A stretch of DNA of 64,000 nucleotides, taken from positions 992,001 to 1,056,000 of the forward strand of contig CP000068.1 of the NCBI GenBank assembly GCA_000002445.1, in the 5' to 3' direction. The notes under the pieces are model-generated. The model was not told the DNA's origin, searched no databases, and saw only the letters and a list, made by a program, of their open reading frames with translations. Position numbers and translations under genes: made by a program. Position 1 is the stretch's first letter. Each line of letters opens with the position of its first letter. Origin of the DNA: Trypanosoma brucei. Lineage: Eukaryota. Shown here piece by piece: positions 1-9,200 of the stretch.

Positions 1-910
1 ATTGAAGCACTTCGCATATCATCTTCTCGCAAAAGAGGCTTGTACTTCCTGGAAGAATGCAGACGGCAAAATCACCGTGTCTCTCCTGGTGTGGGAGCCG
101 AAGTGTGAAGAAGAAAGTGTCGCTGTGCGGGAGAATGCGGCGGACATTTACCCCCGCTCGGTGCTCATATCGTGTAAGGACCTCTACTGTCTCTTCATAT
201 GTTAGGCGAAAGACGGTGCCGTAAAATGCAATGAGGTCGAGGGCAACACGTCGCAGGTCATTTGCCGGCTGCGATATTGTACTACAGCTGATAACCTTAT
301 CAACCATCAGCAGATGCTTTTGTAGCTCCAGACTGTCACGGGCGCAGCGCTGCATGAACTTCTTCAGTATTTTACGCAAAGCGGCCAGATTCAGAGCCCT
401 GTATTGCAATATGGCCTGAGTTTTCACGTAGAGCTTCGGGATGTGTTCCTCGGGGCGTGCCCGGATCTCCTCTTCACTCATATTCTTTAGTTCTTCCACA
501 CCTGCCAGGAGATCCGCCTCGAGACACTGTTGGTATTGCTTAACCTTTGTGAACGACAGCTGGATATCTTTGAAGAATTTCACCTCCAGTTCGGAACGTC
601 TTTTCAGAAGTTCATCCAAAGAGCGTTTAGGGCTAAGGGAACTCCCCCCTGTTTGTGGCAATTTCATAGCCTCCGGTTGGTTAGCGAAGACGTCTTCAGT
701 TTCCGAAGCAGTGCTTGTGTCCGCCGCGGCCGCTCTCGCTTCAATCTCACGAACTCGTTCGATTTCTTTGCACAGTTGTTCCAACTCCTTCGCGATTGGC
801 TTCAGTTCAAAGTAAGCGACATAATTGTTGAGCGTGAAATCTGTATTGTACTCCGAAAGAAGGCGGCGGTGGAAGGCTTGCCCTTCAGAGCGACCCTTTC
901 CTGTGCGCAT
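1..910 (-). CDS. SPX-domain-like protein, 3'-truncated at the window edge (N-terminal ~303 aa visible)
   Basis: Hand-translated reverse strand from ATG at 910 (MRTGKGRSEGQAFHRRLLSEYNTDFTLNNYVAYFELKPIAKELEQL...). It stays open to position 1, so it is missing from the ORF track, which needs a stop. YVAYFELKPIAKEL resembles the SPX N-terminal Y[IV]xYxxLKxxIKxL signature. LQYRALNLAALRKILKKFMQRCARD resembles the SPX LNxTGFxKIxKKxDK motif. The lysine-rich low-complexity stretch upstream has no further in-frame Met. Confidence 0.45.
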   Translation of the reverse strand, partial: MRTGKGRSEGQAFHRRLLSEYNTDFTLNNYVAYFELKPIAKELEQLCKEIERVREIEARAAAADTSTASETEDVFANQPEAMKLPQTGGSSLSPKRSLDELLKRRSELEVKFFKDIQLSFTKVKQYQQCLEADLLAGVEELKNMSEEEIRARPEEHIPKLYVKTQAILQYRALNLAALRKILKKFMQRCARDSLELQKHLLMVDKVISCSTISQPANDLRRVALDLIAFYGTVFRLTYEETVEVLTRYEHRAGVNVRRILPHSDTFFFTLRLPHQERHGDFAVCILPGSTSLFCEKMICEVLQ

Positions 911-1627
911 GCGGTTCCTATTTTGTGTTATGTTATGTTTTTTATTTTGTTTTATTTTATTGAATATATCCTCGCTTTCTCTGCCTTTTTCCTCCCTCTC
1001 GGGCGTCTACGTGTCGCGAATTTGAGAGATAATTGCTCCAGTTTTTGCCCAGGGGTTTATGTTAAATTTCTTTGCCACGTTATTCCTTCCTCTCGTTGTT
1101 GGTTTCCCTCCGCTTAAATAAAAGAATGTCAATTGCAAAAACATAGATGGTGAGCAAATAAAACAAAGCAAAACAAAAGAAAACGGAAACAAAGCGGTTG
1201 CGGGGTGGATGGTTTAAAAAAAAAAAACGTGTTGGCGCCCTTCATTCCCTTATTGCCATCATGATGTGCATAATTTAAGGCACCTCATATCGGTTAGAAA
1301 AAAACATAATTGTACACGTATCAAACCGTAGGAAGAGAAGGACGGTGTATTTTTGTTATTGACTCTGAGAAAAGGGAAGAAAAAGAATGGAATAACGACT
1401 CATTTATTTTCTTCTCTTTTTCTCAGAGTCAATAACAAAAGTAAAAGTATATTGAACCAGTTTCTCCACAATGGGCCCACATGTTGTATCACATGACTAC
1501 AAAGAAAAAAAAAGTCTGGAATGGAAATAATACAAAAATATTTAAAAAAATGACAACAATCTAAAAACTCAAACAATTCCACAGTAAAGCAAAGATACTG
1601 CAATGTGAAGATATGTGCCCCCAAACT

Positions 1628-1630
<3 letters not shown>

Positions 1631-1667
<37 letters not shown>
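1631..1667. repeat. (TA)n microsatellite, ~18 units
   Basis: Perfect tatata run seen directly in the sequence. Confidence 0.95.
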
Positions 1668-1670
<3 letters not shown>

Positions 1671-1948
1671 ACCAATGAAGAAATCAAAGATATGTTTACG
1701 ACGTGGGGAACCCCAGTGAGGTAATGAGGTTATCGTGATGAGAAAAAAAGGACAGAAAAAGAAACGGTAGTAGTTGTGAGGAATTATGGAAGTAAAAGTG
1801 GCCCTCATAACTACGAAAGCAGCCCTGTTAGGCTATAATAAGCAAACCTGATGATTCACAAAAAAAAAAACTGGAAATAAAATGTATACTTTGGTGTACG
1901 CGCGCAACTGACAAAAAGTACATGGCATGTGGAAACGCTGTTCTCCCT

Positions 1949-2530
1949 TCATTGTGATTGACGTGCGATTCCCCAGAAGTCAGGCAGTGAGTTATGTATG
2001 GTACGAGCAACTTTACCACTTCCCTGCTTCCCGTTTATGCTTTCTTTGCCTTGTTCCTTCTTTATTGAATACAATGCGTTGTGACAAAAACCTTGGCGAA
2101 TAACAGACTCCCGCAACACGGATCTTGCGTACTCACCGTAATAATCAATTGGTGTTTGCCGCTCCGCACTGTTTTTGCAATCTCCCATGGGCACCTCAGT
2201 AACCCAAAGACCAAGCGCCTCTAATGCGTGGGACCGATCATTACCCGTCACTTTAGAATTGCTGCTGCTGCTGTTGCCGCCGCTAATGTAATGTTCGGCG
2301 TTTCTGAAACAAGGGCCCGCAGTGAGCGAAGGTAGCTTATGCAGAAGTTCTAGTTGTTTCTGTACGGTGCAGTGATACAATGCAGATGCCTGCATTTCAG
2401 CCGTAGGTGAACGTTCTCTTTTCCATGTTATCCCTACCATTGGGCTTGTTGAATGGCCGGTACTACTGACCTTTTCATTGCTTGACATGTTTCTGTGTGT
2501 GTCTCGTAGAGTTTTTCTCACCAGCGTCAT
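1949..2530 (-). CDS. hypothetical protein (~193 aa from Met at 2530)
   Basis: The ORF runs 1949..2707. Its first ~59 codons translate a pyrimidine-rich low-complexity stretch (FSFSFDFLICSLSC...) that looks like 5'UTR/polyY tract. I therefore take the internal Met at 2530 (MTLVRKTLRDTHRNMSSNEKV...) as the likely start. No family recognised. Confidence 0.4.
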   Translation of the reverse strand: MTLVRKTLRDTHRNMSSNEKVSSTGHSTSPMVGITWKRERSPTAEMQASALYHCTVQKQLELLHKLPSLTAGPCFRNAEHYISGGNSSSSNSKVTGNDRSHALEALGLWVTEVPMGDCKNSAERQTPIDYYGEYARSVLRESVIRQGFCHNALYSIKKEQGKESINGKQGSGKVARTIHNSLPDFWGIARQSQ

Positions 2531-2544
2531 ATGAAAGGACGCGT

Positions 2545-2680
2545 GTATACGGGGAAACGTATGAGAAGAATCAACGAAGGCAAGGGAGGGGGAAAAAAAC
2601 ACCGCAAAGGTTATGAAGGTACAAGAAAGTGAACAGATAAGGAAATCAAACGAAAAAGAAAAAACACACAAACATGGTCC
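2545..2680 (-). promoter_or_regulatory. polypyrimidine tract upstream of CDS 1949..2530
   Basis: The plus strand is purine-rich (gggaaacgtatgagaagaatcaacgaaggcaagggagggggaaaaaaacaccgcaaagg...gaaaaagaaaaaacacacaaac). The coding strand is therefore pyrimidine-rich immediately 5' of the proposed start. This is the same stretch the ORF finder mistranslated as an N-terminal extension. Confidence 0.35.
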
Positions 2681-2820
2681 TTTTCCTCCTTTTTCTCTAA
2701 CGTACAATTACAAACGCACAAATATAAGTGAAGTGGGTTAGCATTACAATCACATGATTAGTTCGCATTCTATAGGAAGTAAACTCTTCGCATGGGAAGC
2801 GTACATACTTGCTTGTTCCC

Positions 2821-3447
2821 TCACGGTGGAAGCATCAATGTCAGAGAAGCAGATGCCTTATTATAAATCCCCTGCTCAGGGAGGTCTAAAGAAACACTAG
2901 TGAAGGCACCGGCCCAACCAACGACATCCGATCCACCCTTATCTTCTGGCAGCACAAAAAATTTGCGTGGCATCAACAACATCGGTGTTGTGTTTGCTCT
3001 GGAGCATCCAAATGGGGGACACACTCCAAGCCGAACCCGCAATGGTTGCATGGTGTTCAGGTCGTGAAAGAATCCTTCCTGGTCATTCCTTAGGTTTGTG
3101 CTACGTTCACGGATGCTCCAGTTCGTGTTACTGTGGCGGATTTCCATTGAGCTCCGCCGGGCTCCCGGCCCGACCGCGTCCTCCCCTAAATCTTGCTCTG
3201 CCTCAGTTTCATCGACATTACGAGGCGAACGCTCGGCAGTTGCGCTGCGGGTGCGCTTCCGTGATATTTGCGGTGATATTTGCGCATCGCCTCTCGAGCT
3301 CCGTTGCCGCTCAGCGCCTTCCCTCCCTTCTTCCTCTTCGTATCGTAGCTCCGATACTGCTGACAGGTTTTCCTCCCCCAACATTTCTGTGCCATCGTTT
3401 GTGGGTTCCTTATCGCCTCTCCTACGAAGTTGTTTTTTCGGCCCCAT
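2821..3447 (-). CDS. hypothetical charged/acidic protein (208 aa)
   Basis: Minus-strand ORF with the same orientation as its neighbours. The protein is rich in E/R/S (RYEEEEGREGAERQRSSRG...). Plus-strand ORFs of similar length overlap it (2967..3479, 3098..3451), so the open frame could be a composition artefact. Confidence 0.35.
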   Translation of the reverse strand: MGPKKQLRRRGDKEPTNDGTEMLGEENLSAVSELRYEEEEGREGAERQRSSRGDAQISPQISRKRTRSATAERSPRNVDETEAEQDLGEDAVGPGARRSSMEIRHSNTNWSIRERSTNLRNDQEGFFHDLNTMQPLRVRLGVCPPFGCSRANTTPMLLMPRKFFVLPEDKGGSDVVGWAGAFTSVSLDLPEQGIYNKASASLTLMLPP

Positions 3448-3966
3448 CTAGTCACGCGGCTTGTAGGAATCAAAAATAGAGGGTTACCGTTTTCTAGACG
3501 GGTATCTGCCACTACGTTAGATGATGGTAGAAAAGTTTGTGTGCTCGTTAGAGGGTTACTTTACACGCCCTTTTCTTCTATTTAACAATATACCACACAG
3601 TACTGAAAGGAAGTGGCAGAGGAGAGTTGTCAAAGCAACAAATATACGTTTTTTTTTAAAAAAAACGTACACACGCATAAACAAACAGGAAGAGAGACAA
3701 AAGAGAGGGATAAGGAAAATAAAACCGAACGGGAGACGCAACGGTAGCCGACAGCGACCTGCAATGGAGCATCTCCATGTTATCAACTCATTTAAATAAA
3801 AAAATAAGTACATCACAAAAAATTTTCCAACAGGTTGTGTATTCACAGTGCTTGGTCTCAATGAATAGGCAAGGGGGTGGAGTGGATCGCTTTGCTTTCC
3901 CCCCCCCCTCTTTTACCTCTCCCCCCTCCCCCCTCCTCGATTACCCGATTGTGACTATTTTTTTTT

Positions 3967-4746
3967 TCACTGTGCTGTCGGTGGGGTGCCTGTCCCACCA
4001 CCCCTACCGAATCGTTTCACAGTATTCATGAATGCCATTGTGTGCATTTGAATGTTTCGCATTTTGGTTGCCTGCTCGGGCGTTAGGCGTTGGCCGCTCA
4101 TAATACTACGCTGTATATTTTCCATATCCGTACGCATTGCAGGTGTCAGAGATTGCATTGCCATCTGCATCATCATCATTTGCTCTTGGGAAGGGCCATG
4201 ACCATGACAATGTCCATGACTGTGTGAATGCCCGTGATCGTGGGAGTGACCGTGTTCGTGGGAATGAGAATGAGAATGAGAGGGATCATTACAATTATGA
4301 TTGCCCATTAACGGCTGCAACTCCGGCGTTGTCGCAGATATCGTTAATAGTTGCGATTCTTCCACCATACACATTGCCTTAATTAACGATGTTGTTTCAG
4401 GGTCAGGGTATCCCGTTACAGCCATCTTTAGTTCCTCCAAAATGCGGGCACCAGTTAATGAAGCGGTCGTATCGTCACCTGCATTACCATCGATATCGCC
4501 TCCCTCAACACTGCCTTGTTGGTTTTGTGCTCCTTGTTGCCTATTGGCGTTGTGATTGGTGAGGAACTCCACCTGCTTCTTCTCGTAAATGAGTAATAGT
4601 TCTAATAGAGAGGTCGGTATGGGTTCCTTCAATGCGGCAGCGCGGACACTTTCAATGAAGGCTGGTTTCTCCATCTCAGCCCTCAGTACTCGTACGAACT
4701 CATGCACTTCATCTCGTGTCAACGTCATGTTTGGCCTCGTCGCCAT
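3967..4746 (-). CDS. hypothetical protein with His-rich (HS/HG)n and Met-rich segments, putative metal-binding (259 aa)
   Basis: Translation contains PSHSHSHSHEHGHSHDHGHSHSHGHCHGHG (aa ~149-184) followed by QEQMMMMQMAMQ and further Met-dense sequence. The N-terminal ~140 aa look helical. The His block is encoded by an imperfect ATGAC/ATGAG-type repeat at ~4195-4302. Confidence 0.6.
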   Translation of the reverse strand: MATRPNMTLTRDEVHEFVRVLRAEMEKPAFIESVRAAALKEPIPTSLLELLLIYEKKQVEFLTNHNANRQQGAQNQQGSVEGGDIDGNAGDDTTASLTGARILEELKMAVTGYPDPETTSLIKAMCMVEESQLLTISATTPELQPLMGNHNCNDPSHSHSHSHEHGHSHDHGHSHSHGHCHGHGPSQEQMMMMQMAMQSLTPAMRTDMENIQRSIMSGQRLTPEQATKMRNIQMHTMAFMNTVKRFGRGGGTGTPPTAQ

Positions 4747-4947
4747 TTTTTTTTTTTAAACCTTCAACTTGCCTCAGGCAAATAATCAGTGAGGGGGCGT
4801 CGCTCTAAGAACGGCAGAGGCAAGAGCCGAATCAGATGCGTATGGTCTTAGAGGTGAAGCTGCTAAAGTATCTTACAAACCCTTAATTCAGTGTTTCACT
4901 CACACGGCGCACCAAGTTGTCTCCTTATGTAAAAATATATGGAACTG

Positions 4948-4984
4948 TATATATATATATATATAGATATATATATATATATAT
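4948..4984. repeat. (TA)n microsatellite with one interruption
   Basis: tatatatatatatatatagatatatatatatatatat seen directly. Confidence 0.95.
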
Positions 4985-6346
4985 TGTATCGTCCTTATTA
5001 TGGGCCCCTCTATCCGTGGAAAAGGGAGAAACCTCTTGTTTGTTTCCCTTGCCACTAAAGTCCGTAACTGCAAAGTTCAGTATAAATAATGGAAAAAGAA
5101 AGGATCAAAAAAAATAAAATAAAATAAATAAAGAAGTGAATTGGATATGAAGAGAGATCACAACCCATGGAGACGTCATTAATGCACCTAATCAGTTGAA
5201 TTGTTTCAAACCTTCTACCAAATTACAAAAAGGATAGAAAATAGGACGACGGCACTCACTTTTGTTCATACCTTGCACTGCCTTGAGTTTTATCACTCAT
5301 AATATCTTTTTTTTTGTTCTGCTGCCGCCCCTACTGCTGCGGTTGAGAGAGAGAATCCACAGATGCGACATATCCCTCCCAATACTCCACATCACACAGC
5401 TGGGTAATAAAAAGAAGATGCAATTGTTAAATTGCATCCTTTTCTCTCTTTTTTTTTACCACTATGTTTGCAAGTCTATTTCGTGTGTGATGTGAACGTT
5501 CCATCTCTTTCCCTTCCCATGTGAAATCATCTTCTCACCTACCTTTCTTTTTTTTTAAAAAAATAGTGAAAGAAAAGTGAAAAGGAAAAAAGGTGTAAAG
5601 AACAATAACCCCTACAAAAGAAAACAAACAAACAAATAGTTAGGGTTTGATTTTACGGGAAAGTTGTGATGGACGAAGCAGAATCCACAAAAAGTAAAAA
5701 AGAGAAATGAAACTTTTTAAAAAAACGCACATCGAGAAATAACAGGCACAAGTGGATGATATGATATATTTCTATTGCTTCATTTTATTTTACTTTTTTC
5801 CCATCGTTATAACGGGATGTTCGGTAAGTTTATGCGCCCACACTTCTTTAATATTTGGAATGGCAGCTGCAACCGGCAAACGACCGCAGAAGTAAAACCA
5901 ATAAAATAAAAAGAAGGTGAAGTTGGCCTCATAGGGGTATAAGGAATGATGCCAACGGCGGCAACGACATCAACAGCTGAAAGATCGCGGAGGAGTGAAT
6001 AAAAAAAAAAAAGAAGGAGCGTCCAGGAGGTTTTCAGTTTGGTCACATATATTTAATTAACAAAATATATATATATATATATATAATTGAGGGGGGGAGG
6101 AGGAGGAGGAGGATCCGTCCCGTTCCAACCATAAATCAGGTTTCTGAAACAAAAAAAAAACGTCGCAATTCCCCCCCCCCCATCACGCGCACTTATGCCA
6201 ACCATTTTCCTCCTGTTCCCATCATTAAGCGTTCAAGCTCTCTTTTTCTTTTCTTCATAGCTTTCATATGACTCTTTCCTTTTTCTTTCCTCTCTGTTTA
6301 AACTCCCTCATTCTCTGATCTTTTCCAGCCCTTCCTTCATTTCCAA

Positions 6347-6368
6347 CATCATCATCATCATCATCATC
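6347..6368. repeat. (CAT)7 trinucleotide repeat in the spacer downstream of SUMO
   Basis: catcatcatcatcatcatcatc seen directly. Confidence 0.9.
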
Positions 6369-6449
6369 TAATGAACACTGCTTCCATCATTTGTTTTGTT
6401 TTCATTGTTTCATTCTTTTCTTTTTCTTTTTTCTTTTTTTAAAAAAGGA

Positions 6450-6794
6450 TCACGCCATGCACCAAAGACACCCGCCTGTCTGCTCCACCATCGCATCAAT
6501 CACATCATCATCTTCCATACCCAACTCTTCTGGTGTTTTGGTTTCGTCAATTGGTGTTCCATCAAAAAGGAAGCGCACGCTGTTACGCGATATTCCCTGC
6601 TTCTTGCAATACGTATCAATGAGTTTTTTTAGGGCCGTGCGGGATTTGATACGGAAAAACATTTCCGCGCCATCAGCATTCACAACTTTTACAGCCACAA
6701 GTGCAGTTTCCTCCTTGCAGGTTCCTTCTGCCCCTTCACCTCCATTATTTGAGGGCTCACCGCCGTTGTTGGAGTTATGAGTGGGTTCGTCCAT
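6450..6794 (-). CDS. SUMO: small ubiquitin-like modifier (SUMO/Smt3 family)
   Basis: 114-aa translation with a ubiquitin-like fold signature (VKVVNADGAEMFFRIKSRTALKKLIDTYCKKQGISRNSVRFLFDGTPIDETKTPEELGMEDDDVIDAMVEQTGG). The di-Gly processing site is followed by a 6-aa tail (CLWCMA). There is an N-terminal Gly/Asn-rich extension, which is typical of SUMO. Confidence 0.9.
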   Translation of the reverse strand: MDEPTHNSNNGGEPSNNGGEGAEGTCKEETALVAVKVVNADGAEMFFRIKSRTALKKLIDTYCKKQGISRNSVRFLFDGTPIDETKTPEELGMEDDDVIDAMVEQTGGCLWCMA

Positions 6795-6795
6795 T

Positions 6796-6897
6796 TACAA
6801 ACACACACACACACGCAAAACAGAAAGACAAATATAAACGAAAAGTGATAGAAGGTAACAAAGGGGAAAAAGTAGAAAAAGAAATGAAAAAAAACGC
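6796..6897 (-). promoter_or_regulatory. polypyrimidine tract (putative trans-splicing/polyadenylation signal) upstream of SUMO
   Basis: The plus strand is strongly purine-rich (aaacagaaagacaaatataaacgaaaagtgatagaaggtaacaaaggggaaaaagtagaaaaagaaatgaaaaaaaa). This gives a long polyY tract on the coding (minus) strand just 5' of the SUMO start. Kinetoplastid trans-splicing acceptor sites follow such tracts. Confidence 0.4.
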
Positions 6898-7725
6898 GTG
6901 GGCTCAGAAATGAACCCAACTCGATGTTACGTTTTTTTTTGTCTTTCCTTCCCTTTTTTATTCTTATTATCTCTGCTGTTCGACACAGATTTATCACTAT
7001 TCTAATGTGACTCCTACGAGTTGTGCTAAGGCAAGAGGAAGTCGGGGAGAAAGCAAACTTTATTTCCTTTTTTTTTTGCTGAAAAAACGGCAGTAACAAC
7101 AACAATAATAATACCACTAAAGTCGATTACTAACAGACAAAACAGACAGAGAGGTACACTCATACACACAGAGAGAGAGAGAGAGACACATATGAGGATG
7201 TGGATATGAGGGAAATTAAACCAAAGAAGAATATATCACACACCATGATTATCCGGAAAGGTCAATGGGAGGAGGGGTGTAAACGAGCAAAATTCCAACG
7301 CTTAACGATATCAAACCGTCATGCCTTTCCCCTTCTTTTCCCTTCACCATAGGCAAAACAAGTTTAACAAACACCTCCACGTAACCACAAGGACATAAAT
7401 ACACCCAAAACGAGAGCAGAAGAGAAGAAAAGTAGAAAGTAAGTAGCGACGAGGCATAAGTGCTAACGGCTCCAACAAAATAAAAATGGTAGTCCACGCA
7501 TCCTCTCTTCGTACGCTCTTTCCAAATTGTAAGTAAGTTGCTTGTCCACTTCGTCACCGAGAAGAAACCTTCGCAACACGCCACCTAAATGACACAGTGA
7601 CATCACATCTCACCAGCAATAAATTTCATTGAGTGAAGTAATACCACAGAAAAGTGGGCTTTATGCCTTGTTTACTCCCCCCCCCTCTGTTCTTCTGTTG
7701 AATTGTGTCATTTCCGCGCGGGTGA

Positions 7726-7737
<12 letters not shown>

Positions 7738-7777
<40 letters not shown>
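7738..7777. repeat. (AT)n microsatellite, ~20 units
   Basis: Perfect run seen directly. It lies in the spacer between SUMO and SEC11. Confidence 0.95.
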
Positions 7778-7779
<2 letters not shown>

Positions 7780-7848
7780 GTTTCCCCTTCGTTCCCATAC
7801 TCTCTAGTTTCCCTTTACTCCTCTCATGTTCCCTCCTACGTGTCCACG

Positions 7849-8475
7849 TTACATTCCGGTGTACCAGCACCATATCAATGCCAGTGGAACAAGCACAAGT
7901 TTTGCCCATGAGTGGTCTTCGGCAATTAGCGTAATAAAACCCACCCGCGGCACCAGCACGGCAACTTTCCCAATGATATCTTTTTTCTCTACCCAATGAT
8001 ATCCGCGCGGATATAATGTACGGTCATCCATTTCATTGTTATCCCCTTTCGTGAGGTACAAACGAGTCACACCGTCCTCAAGTAATCGAATGCGATGGAC
8101 GCGATGAACGATTGGAATTGTACGGTTGGGGAGAGAGAAAACAACGACATCCCCCATCGTGGGTTCGCCAATATTATGCAGAACAAGTAAGTCACCACGA
8201 AACATGAAGGGTTCCATACTTCCTGAGAGCACCACAACAAGTGGGCTTTCACAATCGGTCACCGCGATGGCTGTACGCCAACCAACAAAGAATGTGCAGA
8301 GAGTTACCAACATTAAGAAGGTGTTGCGTCTGTCCGGCATTGTATCAACAATGTCCTTAAAAGTTTTTTTAATGTAATTAATGGGTCCTGTTTGTGCAGA
8401 CATGGCTAATGATTCCACATGCTGCTCACGCAAAATCCGCAGCGCCGTCGCATCAGCCCGATGCAGCAATGACAT
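7849..8475 (-). CDS. SEC11: signal peptidase complex catalytic subunit SEC11 (type I signal peptidase, S26B)
   Basis: Translation contains the SEC11 signature ESPLVVVLSGSMEPFMFRGDLLVLHN (catalytic Ser in SGSMEP) and the conserved His region (IVHRVHRI). A TM anchor (FLMLVTLCTFFVGW) lies before the catalytic box. A ~45-aa N-terminal extension precedes it. The true start could be an internal Met, at aa 25 or aa 46. Confidence 0.88.
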   Translation of the reverse strand: MSLLHRADATALRILREQHVESLAMSAQTGPINYIKKTFKDIVDTMPDRRNTFLMLVTLCTFFVGWRTAIAVTDCESPLVVVLSGSMEPFMFRGDLLVLHNIGEPTMGDVVVFSLPNRTIPIVHRVHRIRLLEDGVTRLYLTKGDNNEMDDRTLYPRGYHWVEKKDIIGKVAVLVPRVGFITLIAEDHSWAKLVLVPLALIWCWYTGM

Positions 8476-9200
8476 GATAACTCTTATGGGTTGACTACGA
8501 TCCTCCTTTCACCCTTTTTTTTGCGAACTTTATCTCCTCTCTCCTTTGATTTTTCTGTTTGTTTAATAATGTTAATTTGAACTCTGTAACCTTCACTCTT
8601 TTCCACTTTTTCTTTAATATTATCACTTTGGTTTGGTGATCCACCTAAAGCTCAGCTAAAAAAAAAATGTAAACTGCGGTCACTGTGGAAGAGGGAAACA
8701 ACAAATGCACAAGAAACACAGGAAAAAAAAGAGAAAAATGCAGAAGATAATAGACATACATTGAACCGTTAAGAATAAGAAATACCAATATGCAGATATT
8801 AGCAAGTCATACATAACCTCACCATTAAAAATATTTATGATTTTATCTTCCACTTTTGAAGAGCGTGCGCGAAACTTCTATTGTTACGATTGTTGTGATC
8901 CGCATCTGCTTATCGCCTCCCTTTGTGGCTTGTGTTTCCGCTTCGATCATTTAAATTTTTCTTTCTTCATATGCCCGCGCATTTATTAAGTGATTAACGC
9001 CATGATGGTGTCAGTGGACGCAGCGATCGGACAACAGTTCCTTGCCACCCCCCTACACAAACTTCGTTTCCGCCCTCTTTTTTTTTTTTGCACTACCAAT
9101 GAAAAAGGCGGAATTTCTCCATGTGGCGCTAAATAAAATGTTACTTTCGCTCATCAAGAGAAGATGCACCCAGCCAAGGGGAGAACAAATGTTGCCGCAG

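Noticed and set aside
2-205. Plus-strand 67-aa ORF at the left edge
   Set aside because: It lies antisense inside the hand-translated SPX-like minus-strand CDS. It is short and uses a TTG start. It is more likely a chance frame.
1949-2707. N-terminal ~59 codons of the ORF (2531..2707)
   Set aside because: They translate a pyrimidine-rich tract (SFSFDFLICSLSC...) that looks like a splice-acceptor polyY tract or 5'UTR. The CDS is therefore trimmed to the internal Met. I trimmed ORFs 16545..19064, 20509..25500 and 31559..34126 in the same way.
2967-3479. 170-aa and 117-aa plus-strand ORFs overlapping the 208-aa minus ORF at 2821..3447
   Set aside because: Three overlapping open frames in a GC-rich patch indicate a compositional effect. 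The minus-strand ORF is kept at low confidence because of array orientation. The plus-strand ORFs have Cys/Ser/Arg-rich translations that look non-biological.
5807-6046. 79-aa minus-strand ORF in the 1.7-kb spacer between the His-rich gene and SUMO
   Set aside because: It is hydrophobic and low-complexity (LLLFFFYSLL). It lies adjacent to a poly-T tract and a (TA)n repeat, with no start context or motif. It is treated as spacer.
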